A DNA stretch of 63,469 nucleotides, filler included, from Bigelowiella natans CCMP2755 (GCA_000320545.1; 5 parts of 5 records of this genome joined end to end with filler, not necessarily neighbours in it), one strand, 5' to 3'; positions 24,249 through 37,420 are shown, numbered from the whole stretch's first letter. Notes: a model not told the origin generated them from the letters alone. Made by a program: numbers and translations.

Positions 24249-27200
24249 ATGTCCCAAAAGGCCATCCGTGAGTACAGCGGTAAACGCATGCTCACCGAAT
24301 ACTTCACGGCCAAGTATCCAGGTACAGAATGGCAGAATGCTAGCAGCATGTGGTAGAGAGGCTATGCGCATGGTGGAACACCAGGAATGTATTTAGTAGT
24401 ATCTTGTCCTAAAAATATTCAGGAACATATAAGTTTGGGAATATGGTCCTTATCGACCCTAAAACTGATGTCGAGACTCTATCCTCGAAGCACAAATTTT
24501 TGACGGAGGAGAAGCTCGTTGCCAAACCAGATCAGGTGGGGTATTGTGTGGGTTACCGTAATGATATCTAACTTTTCACATTACAACTAGCTCATCAAAA
24601 GACGGGGAAAACTCGGACTTGTTAAACTCAAAGCATCTTGGGATGAAGCTAAGGCCTGGGTGAACGAACGACGCGACAAGGAATTTAAGGTTGGAACATA
24701 AGGCAGCAACAAAATGTATCTCCGACCCTTATTCTCGTATTTCATGAAGAATGAAAGGCCACTCATTTGAAAAACGCGTTGCCGAGCAAATTATTCTTAA
24801 ACATGCTGATCATAAACTCTCTAGTTGTCTTATCGTCCTAATATTTCTTCGTCAAATTACACACAGTAGAATTTACTACTTGATATCACGCTTATGATGT
24901 AGGTGCGAACCTTGAATGACAAACTGGATCATTTCTTGGTTGAGTCTTTCGTCCCTCACAAACAAGAGGAAGAGTATTATGTCTGCATCCAATCGATTCG
25001 GTAAGTGAAGCACTCTGTTGCTGGCTATATGGACTCCTTTTACTTCTTAAATTAGATATCCACCCACTTTTTTCATGTTTTCATAGATCTTGCTTACATT
25101 AATCTTTCGATTTGCAGATCTGGAGATAAAATTATGTTTTGTCATGAGGGCGGAGTCGATGTAGGAGATGTTGATGCTAAAGCTTCTGTATTAAACGTGG
25201 TAATCGGCGAGAAACCTTCGGTAGAAGAGGTCACCAAAGCCCTTCTTGGTAAGGTTTCCACAGCGCGCCAAGAGGCTCTGGGAGAGTTCATTTGCCGCCT
25301 GTTTGATTTCTACGCTGAATATCACTTTGCTTATTTGGAGATTAATCCTGTTGTCATGATGAAAGAGGCTGATGGATACCGAATCGCTCCCCTGGATATG
25401 GCAGCTAAGTTGGACGAAACAGCTCGCTACGAATGCTATAAATTGTGGGGGGATGTTGACTTTCCACCTCCTTTTGGGCGCACATCCTGTCCAGAGGAAA
25501 CTTATATTGAGAGCTTGGATGCAAAGACCGGAGCATCATTGAAACTAACGATCCTTAACCCCAAAGGCCGTATTTGGACTATGGTGGCTGGCGGAGGTGC
25601 CTCTGTGATCTATGCAGATACGGTTTGCGATCTAGGAGGTGCTCCTGAACTTGCGAATTATGGTGAGTACAGTGGAGCTCCTACTACCAGTCTCACCTAT
25701 AAGTATGCAAAAACTATCTTGGGAATGATGTTTAAGCACAAGCATGAGCAGGGCAAAGTTCTAATCATTGGCGGTGGAATTGCAAATTTCACAAATGTTG
25801 CTGATACCTTCAAGGGCATTATCATGGCCATGGAGGAGACCGCATCTAAGATGAAGGAGCACAATGTCAAGGTTTACGTAAGGCGCGGTGGGCCTAACTT
25901 CCAGGAAGGACTTGAGAACATGCGTCGATTTGGCATGCGTACGGGTGTTCCAATCGATGTGCATGGACCTGAGGACCACATGACAAATATCGTTGCAAAG
26001 GCACTTGGAAAAGAAACGGTGTCGGCAGGAAACACTGCGCTTCCTAGGCGTAATTCCGCGTTGGACCTCCTCACCAGAAATAGCGACACTTCGCAGCCTA
26101 CTGAAGCCAAAACAAAACCACAGATCTTGCGGAGAAAATCTACGCCTGGCAAGGAGCCTCCAAGGTCCTCTGCATGGGATCTCTTTACACCCGAAACACG
26201 TTGTTTCGTCTATGGAATGCAACCTGTTGCAGTACAAAATATGCTTGACTTCGACTTCGTCTCTGGGCGCTCTTTCGCGTCGGTCGCATGTTTAGTTTAC
26301 CCTTTCACAGCAAACCATAGCCGCAAGTTCTACTGGAATACTAAAGAGGTGCTCATCCCCGTCTTTTCTAAGCTGGAGGATGCGTTGAAGAAGTTTCCTG
26401 ATATCTCCGTGGTGGTTAACTTTGCCTCCTCACGTTCTGCCTTCGATAGCACCATGGAAATCCTCAAACACTCGGAGCAGATTAAGACCCACGCGATTAT
26501 TGCTGAGGGTGTTCCAGAGAGACGCACAAAGATCCTTATTCGCAAAGCCAAAGAGCTTGGTGTGACTATTATCGGTCCTGCAACTGTGGGAGGTATAAAA
26601 CCAGGATGCTTTCGAATCGGAAATACAGGAGGTAATAATATTACTAGTATATCAGTGTGATTTTCTCTCATCTGATCACTGTCACATAACTAACATGTCT
26701 TTTTTGAGAATATATTGTTAATACTGTTGACGTAAAATTGACTCTATGATGTAGGTGCACTTGATAATATCATCGCATCGAAGCTGTATCGTGCAGGAAG
26801 CGTGGCTTATGTAGCAAGATCGGGAGGTCTCTCCAATGAGTTAAATAACATCATCTCACAGCATACAAATGGAGTTTATGAGGGAGTACCTATCGGAGGA
26901 GATAGATTTCCAGGAACAACCTTCATGGATCACCTTATGCGCTACGAGAAGAATCCTCAAGTAAAGATGTTGGTGTTGCTTGGAGAGGTTGGTGGTGTGG
27001 AGGAATATGAAGTCTGCAATGCAATGAAAGATGGTCGCATCACAAAGCCCCTCGTTGCTCTTTGCACTGGAACATGTGCGAGTGCATTCTCCTACGAGGT
27101 TCAATTTGGACATGCTGGAGCTTGTGCTCATGGCCAAGAAGAGACAGCATCTGCAAAAAACAACGCTTTAAAGGCCTCTGGGGCTGTTGTTCCTTCGACG

Positions 27201-27871
27201 TTCAATGAGATGGGACTTTGCATCAGACGTACATACACCCAGCTTGTTAAGGCGGGTGTGATTGTGGAAAAGGAAGAACCTGAACCACCTCAAATGCCAA
27301 TTGACTACAAATGGGCGCGTAAGCTTGGTTTGATCCGTAAGCCTTCTTCATTTATGTCGTCCATCTCAGATGAAAGAGGCGAGGAGCTCATCTACGGTGG
27401 TGTCAAGCTGTCTCAAGTTTTCCAGCAAAAACTTGGTTTGGGAGGCGTCTTAGGCCTTCTTTGGTTCCGCAGAAAGCTTCCGTCGTACTTCTGCTCATTC
27501 ATTGAAATGGTTCTAATGGTTACCGCAGATCATGGCCCGGCAGTATCAGGTGCACACAATACTATTGTTGCAGCCCGTGCTGGAAAGGTACTACTACTAC
27601 TACTACTACGTATTGAGTAGATACTCACCATCTATCTATCACCTTATCAGTCATATCATTTACGATAGGATCTTGTTTCTTCGCTTTGTTCTGGTCTTCT
27701 GACTATTGGACCTCGATTTGGAGGTGCTCTCGATGATGCAGCAAAGAAGTTTTGCTGGGCTCATGACAACGGTGAGGGTTACTTGATTAAGGCTTCTACG
27801 ATGATGATGATATATTATATATGACAGATAATACCTACTCCTCTATATGACTGACTCACTCACTAATCGGT

Positions 27872-27917
<46 letters not shown>

Positions 27918-28104
27918 CCTAATAAATAGGTCTGCTGCCAGAAGAATTTGTGACTACAATGAGAAAAAGGAAAGAGCTTATCCCGGGAATTGGCCATAAG
28001 GTTAGTAAATAGAAGTAGTGCTTTTTATGGTGATGAGAAAGAGTGCGTATGAAGGAGGAAATATAAATTCACCTTTACATACATAAAGCAAAAAAATAAA
28101 GCAG

Positions 28105-28146
<42 letters not shown>

Positions 28147-28832
28147 GTACATCTATATTATGTGTGTATGTGTGTATGTGCATGTATGAAATGGCTGCTA
28201 TCAGATAATCTTTTCCACCACCTCCTCGTTATCAATTTTCTGTAGTACCGTATCTTCTTCTTGCGTACGTGTTCGATGATATTATTCCATCACTATCGAT
28301 GATGATGATGATGATGAAACCCACCTCCAATAATAATTAGGTGAAATCGCTCGAGAATCCTGATAAGCGTGTTGAGATTATCAAGGACTTTGCTTTGAAG
28401 GAATTCAAACACACACCTCTACTCGACTATGCGCTCCGTGTACAAGCTGTGACTACTCGCAAGAAGTCCAACCTGATTCTGAATGTTGATGGATGTATCG
28501 CTGTTTGTTTCGTTGACCTACTGCGTAACTGCGGTGCTTTCACAAGAGAAGAGGCAGACGAGTAAACTACAACAATTGCACACACACACACACACACACA
28601 CACATGATGATGATGATGATGATGATGGTGATGATACCACACAGAGCATGCTACACCTTCTTAAAATCTATCATCATGTTCCTCCTCCTCCTCGAATACA
28701 TCATAGCTCCTAATAAAGAAGGATTGTGGTCTACTGCTGAAAATATATTATATATTTTCATCATCTCACGTAGTCTCCTGCTTAAAATACATTATATATT
28801 TTCGTCATCTCACGGTTTCTTCTTTTTCGTTT

Positions 28833-28873
<41 letters not shown>

Positions 28874-29040
28874 CACCATGTAGGTATGTGGCAAATGGCA
28901 CCCTAAATGGGCTGTTTGTCCTCGGCCGCAGCATCGGATTCATCGGACATTTCATCGATCAGAAGAGATTAAAGCAAACATTGTACCGCCACCCTCACGA
29001 CGATATCTGGATAGTTCCTTTCGATCAGGATATTCAATAA
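24249..29040 (+). CDS. ACLY: ATP-citrate lyase, single fused polypeptide
   Basis: [57 protein letters not shown], catalytic-His loop QFGHAGA, citrate-synthase-like [10 protein letters not shown] and PGIGHK, LYRHP; stop at 29038-29040. Confidence 0.97.
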
Positions 29041-30690
29041 ATATCAATGTGGAAAGAATAATACGTTTTTTTAAAGGAAAAATAGCCCATTATTTCCACA
29101 ATCATTACCTATGGTTACGGGCTAACGAAATTTGAAGCTTTATTTGTATCTGTATCATCTTACGTCAAGAGGATACTTGAAAAGGATTATTCGGAATATA
29201 TTTCTCTCATTACAAAAAACCTACCGTTGTCTCCGGTAAATTCGGTGATATAATGTATGACGATCAATCATGTTTTCGTGTAGCATCACACATTTGCGCT
29301 ATGGCATCGCATACCATGCTAGCATGTGCAAAGTAAGGACGCAATAGACTACTTTGGAAAATTTCATGTTGTGCATCTTGCCAGTGTGCACAAAGCTAAA
29401 TTGGAGTGATGACGCATAGGTTCTGTTTGCCTAAGGCGCATTTTTATTTCATGACATGCACACATCGTATCTCTAGATCTAGACATTCTCTTGTGCTAGC
29501 TAGCTAGTAGCATTGGGGCAGCATGATAGCATGGCCTAACAACGACTCATCATTGTGTCTAGCGAGTGCATTAGCCAGACCCACAGTCTAGCAGTGCTTG
29601 AGTAGCAACATGTCCTGGTGTGGTCGATGTGCTATGGTACGCGCACGTGTTCAGAGTAGCCTGATTCGTACGCACTAGCGCACTGCTAGCGCATTTCATC
29701 TAGTCATGTGAGCCAGGCTAGCAGGCTAGCTAGGTTTTGTTGTTGACTACAAATCTAGAAATGTGCCATGTCTCTAGATCTAGATATGCTGGCATGCTAG
29801 CATGTTCAGATCTAGATGTGGATGTGTACAGTGTGTCCTGTGGGTGCGAGCATGCTGTAGCACATGCATGTACATCGTCGCGCACGTCGCATGTGCGTGT
29901 GTCCTGTCTTGTTCTAGCTGCATGTGCTGGGTGCGAGCTAGCTAGCGAGCATGCACGTCGTCGCGCACGTCGCATTATTAGATGCACATGCATGTGAGGA
30001 ACACAGCTCAATGCAAACAAAACTAACACATGTGCTCTGTTCATCCTGCATGCAGATTGATGACTGCGACGCGATGTCGGGATTGCTCTAGCAGCTAGCT
30101 AGTCTAGCAGTGCTGATCATCGCATGTTGTCCACTAGCTAGCTCTAGCGAGCTAGTCGATGTCATGCGATGGCTGCTGTGCTAGCTCTAGAGCTAGCTAG
30201 ATGTCATTGGAATGTCGTTCATTTCTAGATTTGCACGCACGTGCGCACATTGGACAATTGTGACACGATAGCGTAGCGTGCATGCTGTGATGATGAATAC
30301 AGATAAAATATTTTGGGATATAATCAAAAAGTCTGGTAAAAATTGTAATAATATAGATTTAATTATGAAAAAAGTGTTGGTTAAATATAATAATGAAACT
30401 ATATTCAATCTGCATCAGCACGCAGCAGGTGCTGCCGTTCACGTGATCTAGCTAGTGATGCATACATGGCCGATGCGCCGCTCATCTGTGCTAGGGCTAC
30501 CCACAGTCGTAACGCTCTAGCGCTGTGCTGTGCGAGGTCCAAACGCTACGGCACGGAAACATATCGCTTTAACTCCCTCTAGAAGCACATCGTTAGATCC
30601 TGTTGCTGCGCTGATGGAAAACCGAGACGCCTTGTAATTTGATCCTGTCTCCATGATAGACATGCAATATGATATAATATATACATATAC

Positions 30691-30741
<51 letters not shown>

Positions 30742-30793
30742 TTAAATTGTATCTTATATATTTATTTTTTTATTTTTGAGAGAGAGGGAGAGA

Positions 30794-30825
<32 letters not shown>

Positions 30826-30942
30826 GGGGGGGGGAGCGGGAGAGGTAGAGAGAGAGAGAGGGGGAGAGAGAGATATATGTAGGTGTGTGGGGAGGGAGGT
30901 AGGGGGGGAGCTAGCGCGCGCGCGCGCGCGCGCGCGCTCTCT

Positions 30943-30974
<32 letters not shown>

Positions 30975-31074
30975 NNNNNNNNNNNNNNNNNNNNNNNNNN
31001 NNNNNNNNNNNNNNNNNNTTAATTAATTAANNNNNNNNNNNNNNNNNNNNNNNNNNNNNNNNNNNNNNNNNNNN
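30975..31074. other. Assembly gap with artificial TTAATTAATTAA six-frame-stop linker
   Basis: N44 + ttaattaattaa + N44, identical in all four gaps. Confidence 0.97.
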
Positions 31075-31078
31075 CACT

Positions 31079-31112
<34 letters not shown>

Positions 31113-31237
31113 GAGAGTCAAAGAACTCGCTCACGAGCGACACATAGAGAGAGAGAGAGAGACAGCGATAATGTGAGTGAGGAAGGTTCCAGAGTGCCTT
31201 CCCTCCCCTCACCCAGGCACGCGTGAAAGGGCCCTAG

Positions 31238-31313
<76 letters not shown>

Positions 31314-31321
31314 CATGACAG

Positions 31322-31468
31322 GTGATCTCTGACTTTAAGATCGATGGGAAGCGCGCCGGCCTGACGGAGTACATCCACCATGAGTTCTGGATTCACACCA
31401 AGAACGTATGAATCGAGCGAGCAATTATTGCTTCCTGTCTGTGCTATGTGTGTATATATGTGTCTCTA

Positions 31469-31507
<39 letters not shown>

Positions 31508-31767
31508 CCGTCGCAGCACCGACCCCATGTTGCATGCACAGGTCACCGGGGAGAAGGCCCCCTGGAACTTTCCCCTCGGACATAATCTCTGCGACTATCG
31601 CCCTCTCTACGGGTTCTTGTTCCGCGAGTTCCTTGAGGACTACTCACACTGGGCTTGGGTGGATAAGGTTGCAATATTGCCAGATTCGAGCTTCTGACAC
31701 ATCACTGACCTTCTTCGTATTGCTACGTATATGAAGATGTATATAAATATATTTATATATATTTTAT

Positions 31768-31800
<33 letters not shown>

Positions 31801-32235
31801 TGCATCAAGGATACGTTTGTGGGAGATCTGTCGCGTTGGGTCACGGCAAGCGATTTGCTAGCTGCAGAAATAATTGGTGTGCGATTCTCGCACACACGCA
31901 CACACGCACACACACGCACACACACGCAAACACGCACTCACGCACACACGCACACACACGCATTTGAAGTCCAGTGCACATCCATTGAAGTCTCTCTCTC
32001 TCCCTCCCTCCTCTTTTCGCATATAATCGTAACGTCGCAGGAATGGGTGGGACGAAGATGGGAGGCAAGGTCAAAATCAAACCTATCACAAGACGCGTTT
32101 TTTTCCCCTATTTTTAACATATCCCTGTGTGTGTATTATGTGTGTTCGCATGTAAAATGGCGCTTGTAGCGACTCTACCCTCGAGCTTCCGACTGATGTT
32201 AAATAGCGTTATTGTTGTTGCTGCTGCTGTCTGTC

Positions 32236-32272
<37 letters not shown>

Positions 32273-32595
32273 TTGTGTGTGTGTGTGTGTGTCTTTGTAG
32301 GTGATGGTCTCTACTTACGGGCAGCTAGCGATATTTCAAAACACAGCGTACGTGCTGCAACGTCGCACCCGCACCCACGCGCGCGCGCACACACACACAC
32401 AAAGAATTAAAGAGAATGAGAGAGGTTGCAAGGAATCTAACAATCCCTCCTTCCCCCCCCCCCCCTCCTCCTCCCTCCCCCAGGAGAGTGAATTTCCTTA
32501 TGCTGCTGGATAAGGAGCTTCTCTTCAAACAATATAAACGGGCGGGGTAAGTGATGTGAGCATGCACAAACGTGCTTTATGGGAGACGATGAAGA

Positions 32596-32643
<48 letters not shown>

Positions 32644-34281
32644 CACACATGCACGCACGCACACAAAACAAAACCAGTGACGATGACCACGAGGATGATG
32701 ATCCGTTTTACTCAATTGTTGTAATAAATAACAACAACAATAACAACAGGACGAATTCTGCCAATACGGACGAGTACCATTTCAACAAGTTGGCTCTCGT
32801 TGGGGCCGGGAGGGATACGATGACACCGCCTATTAACATCATGTAGCGTACTTGTGCGTGCGTGCGTGTGTGTGCGTATGTGTAGGTGCTGTTATATGTT
32901 CCTGTTGGAAGATAATTATGACGATTTCCATGTGGAGCGGCGGCAACTCGCCCTTTGTGACGTGTTGATCGTGACTAGGATACTTTATATTATAATTAGA
33001 TTGTGGGTTGGTGTAAAGAAAGGGGGTGAGAGAGAGAAAGAGAGAGAGAGAGTCGATAGGTATCGAGTGCGAAAGCAAAATTGGAAAGGAGATCGACTTT
33101 TGGCTAATTCGCGAGGGTGGGGACACGCCTTTGCTGAGATTAGAAGCCATTTCGGGCCGGAGTGTTACCGCACGATTGTTGCCCACAAATGACCGCTAGT
33201 ATCTTCTCCCCCTCTCTCTTCTCGATAGGTATATCGTTCATTCAACACGTAAGCGCCATGGAACATTGGTCGCGCACGCGCCGAAGGAAGGGGAGAAGGC
33301 TGGATCAACATCATCATCATCATCATCATCATCATCAGAGGCTATACCAGCAACGCCTTATACGCTGATCGAGACGTCATCTTGCTTCTCTTCAAAAACC
33401 CCTTTGAACAGCAATGAGAATGGTGGCGTTGATGGCAGCAGCAGCAGTAATAGTGGAAATGGCACCCTCCCCATCCCAAGAACGGTTAAGCTCTGTCGCA
33501 AGCCGGACGATGCTGAGGCCAAAGAGGCGATGAAATTGTATATCATCCACCGTTCATACCAAAATCGAAGAATCAATAAGCGAGCGCACGCACGCACGCA
33601 CGCACGCACATACGCTTCTATGGAGGAATCGTCGGTGCTGTTGTCGTGTCTCTTCTTTTCATGTTTTTTGAGTTTTTCCTGACTAATATATCGTAATTCA
33701 TAATACTTCCAGCTTTCGAGCAACTTTCGACGATTTTGATGGAGGCACAGCAAAGGTAATTATGGGTAATATAGGTGAAAGTGGTCTGATAGGCGACTCC
33801 TCCTCCTCCTCCTCCTCCTCCTCCTCCTCCTTCTCACCCTTCTCACCCTTCTCCATCTTATCATTTTCATCACCATCACCACCATCATCGTGATCATCAT
33901 TTTCACATCCACCACTATTAGGTGGAAAAGGGGGGGGTTGATTGTTGCGGCTGGTGGCTCGGAAAGGTATTTTCCCCGGTGTTATTAATTTTTAGTAATA
34001 TATCATCGTAGCATTTTCATTCTCATTTAATATTAATTATAGCTACTCTCCACCCTGCTAGTAAAGAAATCATGCCTTTGCAAGCGCCGCTAGTAAATAT
34101 ATGCACGAGGAAAATCAACGACAATTCTTTGCCGTCGTCCCCACCCCAGTCCCACAAACCTAACCGGAGAATAAGGATATCTTGCCGCGCCACCGGGGTG
34201 TATTTCTTTGGGAGAGTTTAATTAGAAAGCAGGGGGAGGGCTGGTGTGTGTTTCTTTCCTCGGAAGAGTTCTCAACTGCTT

Positions 34282-34318
<37 letters not shown>

Positions 34319-34940
34319 CAGAACCTGGATCCGAGGCATTCTGGGTTCTTCAAGTTCTACCGGTGAGAGCAATGAGCGTGCCTGCGGCAGGGGGAGGAGG
34401 AAGAGGAAGAGGATATCAGACAAAGCGCGCAACAATCACAACCACCACAACAATCATAGCGATATCTGGCAGAAGAATCCTCTTTTCCTACTTCGGAATG
34501 CACGCATTTGCAAGCACGCTCACGCTGAACATCTCCGATGACCTCATGCCCGATGTTTTTCGTCAAAACAACAGGGATGATCGTGGAGAATGGTGGAAAC
34601 GAAGGGCGATTCCTCGCAGCTCCGTGCGGCTGGTAAACACGCCAGCTGGCAAGGTACGTGTGGGTGAGTAGTAGCGTGTGACAACGCGAAGTGCTGAATG
34701 TTTCGACTGGACCCTCGCTGCAGCATTGCCCCTGCATTTGCGGCGGCTTGTAATTGTTGACTTCTGTCGCCTGTTTTCAATCAATTCCCCTACGCGCGAC
34801 TACTGCTGCAAATGTAGATGATTCAGTGGAAGGAGGCCATCTGGGCGCATGTGAGGACGAAGATGTGCGTCATCGACGAGAAGGACCAAGACGAATGGCT
34901 CCCCGTGGGCCATGAATGCGCGCAAGGAAGAATAAAGTAG
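31322..34940 (+). CDS. DUF6625-like putative glycosyltransferase (5' end lost in or near the gap)
   Basis: HNLCDYRPLYGFLFREFLEDYSHWAWVDK|DTFVGDL matches the LCDxxPxYG...W...DxD..GDL pattern. Downstream exons include YGQLAIFQN and DEYHF; the probable last exon ends RIK* at 34940. Confidence 0.65.
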
Positions 34941-35686
34941 CACATGTTATCTTGGCGCATGCTAGCATGTACAGTGGTAATTATAAAGCAAGCGTTAGAG
35001 TCTGCAAGGTAAGTCGGCGGATGCAATCAATCAAATTGAATTTGTTCGCAATGGTCATTAATGGTCATCCACATCTAGACATGTAGCTGTCTAGCTGTGC
35101 AATGCAGCGCGGCTACAGCGCTAATGTTGAATCTGTAAGGTGTTCGCAGCACATGCCGATCGCGTCGATCACAGTATATGAGCGTGATGCTTTACGTTAC
35201 ACATGTGTAGCTGCGTCTAGAAATAAGATCAATACTCAACGATAGTAAGAAGCACGTGCTTGTAATGAAACGATATACGATCGCAGATTGTGTCCTGTAC
35301 GTGCAGCTGTCTTGCATAGTAACCATATTTGAAGCGAGGATCGTGCGCGCCGCATGCGTGATGACATCAGGTCGCGAACACGTCACAGCGTACACTTGCA
35401 ACGCGGCAGCTAGCATTCTTATATGCACGTGTTTCAGAACATGAAGTATAAGCAAGCAGTGCTCTTATTTGTGCAATGTGTGCTCACAAGGCCACAATCA
35501 CCATCACATAGAACATGCGAGAAGCATGAATGTGGCTTCAGATATAGCATATATGATGAGAAACTATCATAAGAATCTAGATACAACACAGCACATCGCA
35601 ACAAGAAACTATGCAGCACGAATATGATGGTAAGGAGCGAAGCAAATGTAGCAGGTACGTCGTAGTAGCTCTGTAGCTGCCACTCA

Positions 35687-35845
35687 CTACTTCTTCTTCG
35701 AGGATTTTTTCTTGTCGGTCTTTTTCCCATCCTTCTTTGCATCTCCCTTTCCGCCTTTGCCGCCATCCTTCTTGTCCCCCCCCTTATCTTTCTTCGAGGT
35801 CTCATACTCCTTCCCTGAGACCTTCACAACCTAGTACGTGGTGAT

Positions 35846-35898
<53 letters not shown>

Positions 35899-36084
35899 AT
35901 ATGTATTTACATATTCAACAGCATATAAGAACAAACGGCTCGTCTTCGAAGGTGCGCCCAGAAATGTGCAGTATGTGTTCGCCGCCGCCGCTGCTGCTGC
36001 TGCTACTGCTGCTGCTAGATACTTGCTTTCCATTCCCCAAGAAAAAACAAAAGAGATCGTCTCCTGCCCTCCCCCTCCCCCCCC

Positions 36085-36128
<44 letters not shown>

Positions 36129-36194
36129 ACTTCTCGCTACTACCTTTCCAAGCATAACCACCCCATTTCCGTCTAAGAACGCAATCCTGCCAGG
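35687..36194 (-). CDS. EFL: 3' end of elongation factor-like protein EFL with K/D/G-rich tail (remainder lost in the gap)
   Basis: Exon 36194-36144 reads GRIAFLDGNGVVMLGK, the EFL C-terminal signature. It splices to VVKVSGKEYETSKKDKGGDKKDGGKGGKGDAKKDGKKTDKKKSSKKK*. Confidence 0.8.
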
Positions 36195-36294
36195 NNNNNN
36201 NNNNNNNNNNNNNNNNNNNNNNNNNNNNNNNNNNNNNNTTAATTAATTAANNNNNNNNNNNNNNNNNNNNNNNNNNNNNNNNNNNNNNNNNNNN
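36195..36294. other. Assembly gap with artificial linker
   Basis: N44-TTAATTAATTAA-N44. Confidence 0.97.
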
Positions 36295-36313
36295 CCTTCC
36301 TCCTTCCTCTCTC

Positions 36314-36371
<58 letters not shown>

Positions 36372-36395
36372 CTCTCTCCCTGCTATCTCTTTTAG

Positions 36396-36754
36396 GATGG
36401 TCGCAGTGTCTTACGAGCAAAGGAGAGCTGTATTGGTACCAAAACTCCACAGGTAAGCAGTAGTAGTAGTAGCAGTAGTTGTAGTAGTATACGACTGGGC
36501 TGATGGATGGTGAGAGATGTCATCAAGCTCTTTCTCACACAGCTACCAGCAGCCGTCACGTGCATTTAAATATATTAAGAAGCAGTAGGAGTAGCTACAG
36601 TCAATGAATATAAATGATATGCTCGCCTCTCTTGTACCCGCCTCCTCCCTCACCTCAGGAGGAACGACGCGCACAGACCCTCGCGGCATGCCCAAGGACT
36701 GGTCTCTCATCCTTCACAAGAAAGGTGAAGCTGCTGCTGCTACTGCTCTCTCTT

Positions 36755-36836
<82 letters not shown>

Positions 36837-37420
36837 GGTGAAACCGACTGATTTTTCTTTCACACCGCACACAAGTATTACTAGTTATTAAACTAGAGCC
36901 TGATTGAGTGCAATGCTCCTTCCCCCCCCCCCCCCCCCCCATGAAGATATAACGACGGGCCAGTGGTGTTTGAGGTGCTTGTGGACAAGAAGGAGCACGT
37001 CTACCCGATGGTAAAAGAGAGCACAAATCCTACGAATATAATGAGTGTCAGCAAGCTTGTAACATCTAAAATGATGATGATGATGATGATGACGATGATG
37101 ATAATGTGTGCGTGTTTGTGTGTGCGTGTCCTCTTCTTTTGGTATGATGACGATGGTCGTGATGATGATGAAGGTACCTGCTGGTAAATCCCTGGACGAG
37201 ATGGTACTTGGCCCTGGACAGCCTATGTAAGAGAGGGGGAAAGAAACATGGTAGCAAAGCCGAGCTCATCATCTTCGCGTTCCCCCCCCCCCCTCCCCCC
37301 CCCTTTCTCGCTGTCACTATAATAAATGACAATTACGGCTTAAACGCTGTGCTCTGCTTGTTTCACCATGCAGTGTTGCGGCGCAACCGAGTCAACAATG
37401 TGTATGTGAAGGTACAATAA
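36396..37420 (+). CDS. 3' part of a WW-like-domain protein
   Basis: Spliced exons read GWSQCLTSKGELYWYQNSTG|GTTRTDPRGMPKDW (WW pattern, second Trp replaced); further small exons end VYVKVQ*. Confidence 0.5.

Noticed and set aside
25761-27137. Minus-strand and alternate-frame ORFs overlapping ACLY
   Set aside because: They are shadow ORFs of a strongly conserved + strand gene.
30780-30974. Poly-G and (CG)n tract as a G-quadruplex or Z-DNA element
   Set aside because: It lies at a contig end after a (TA)n tract, typical of low-quality read tails. The same applies to 47371-47530 and 60092-60320.
31019-31030. TTAATTAATTAA motif recurring four times
   Set aside because: It is always centred in exactly 100-nt N blocks, so it is an artificial six-frame-stop scaffold linker.
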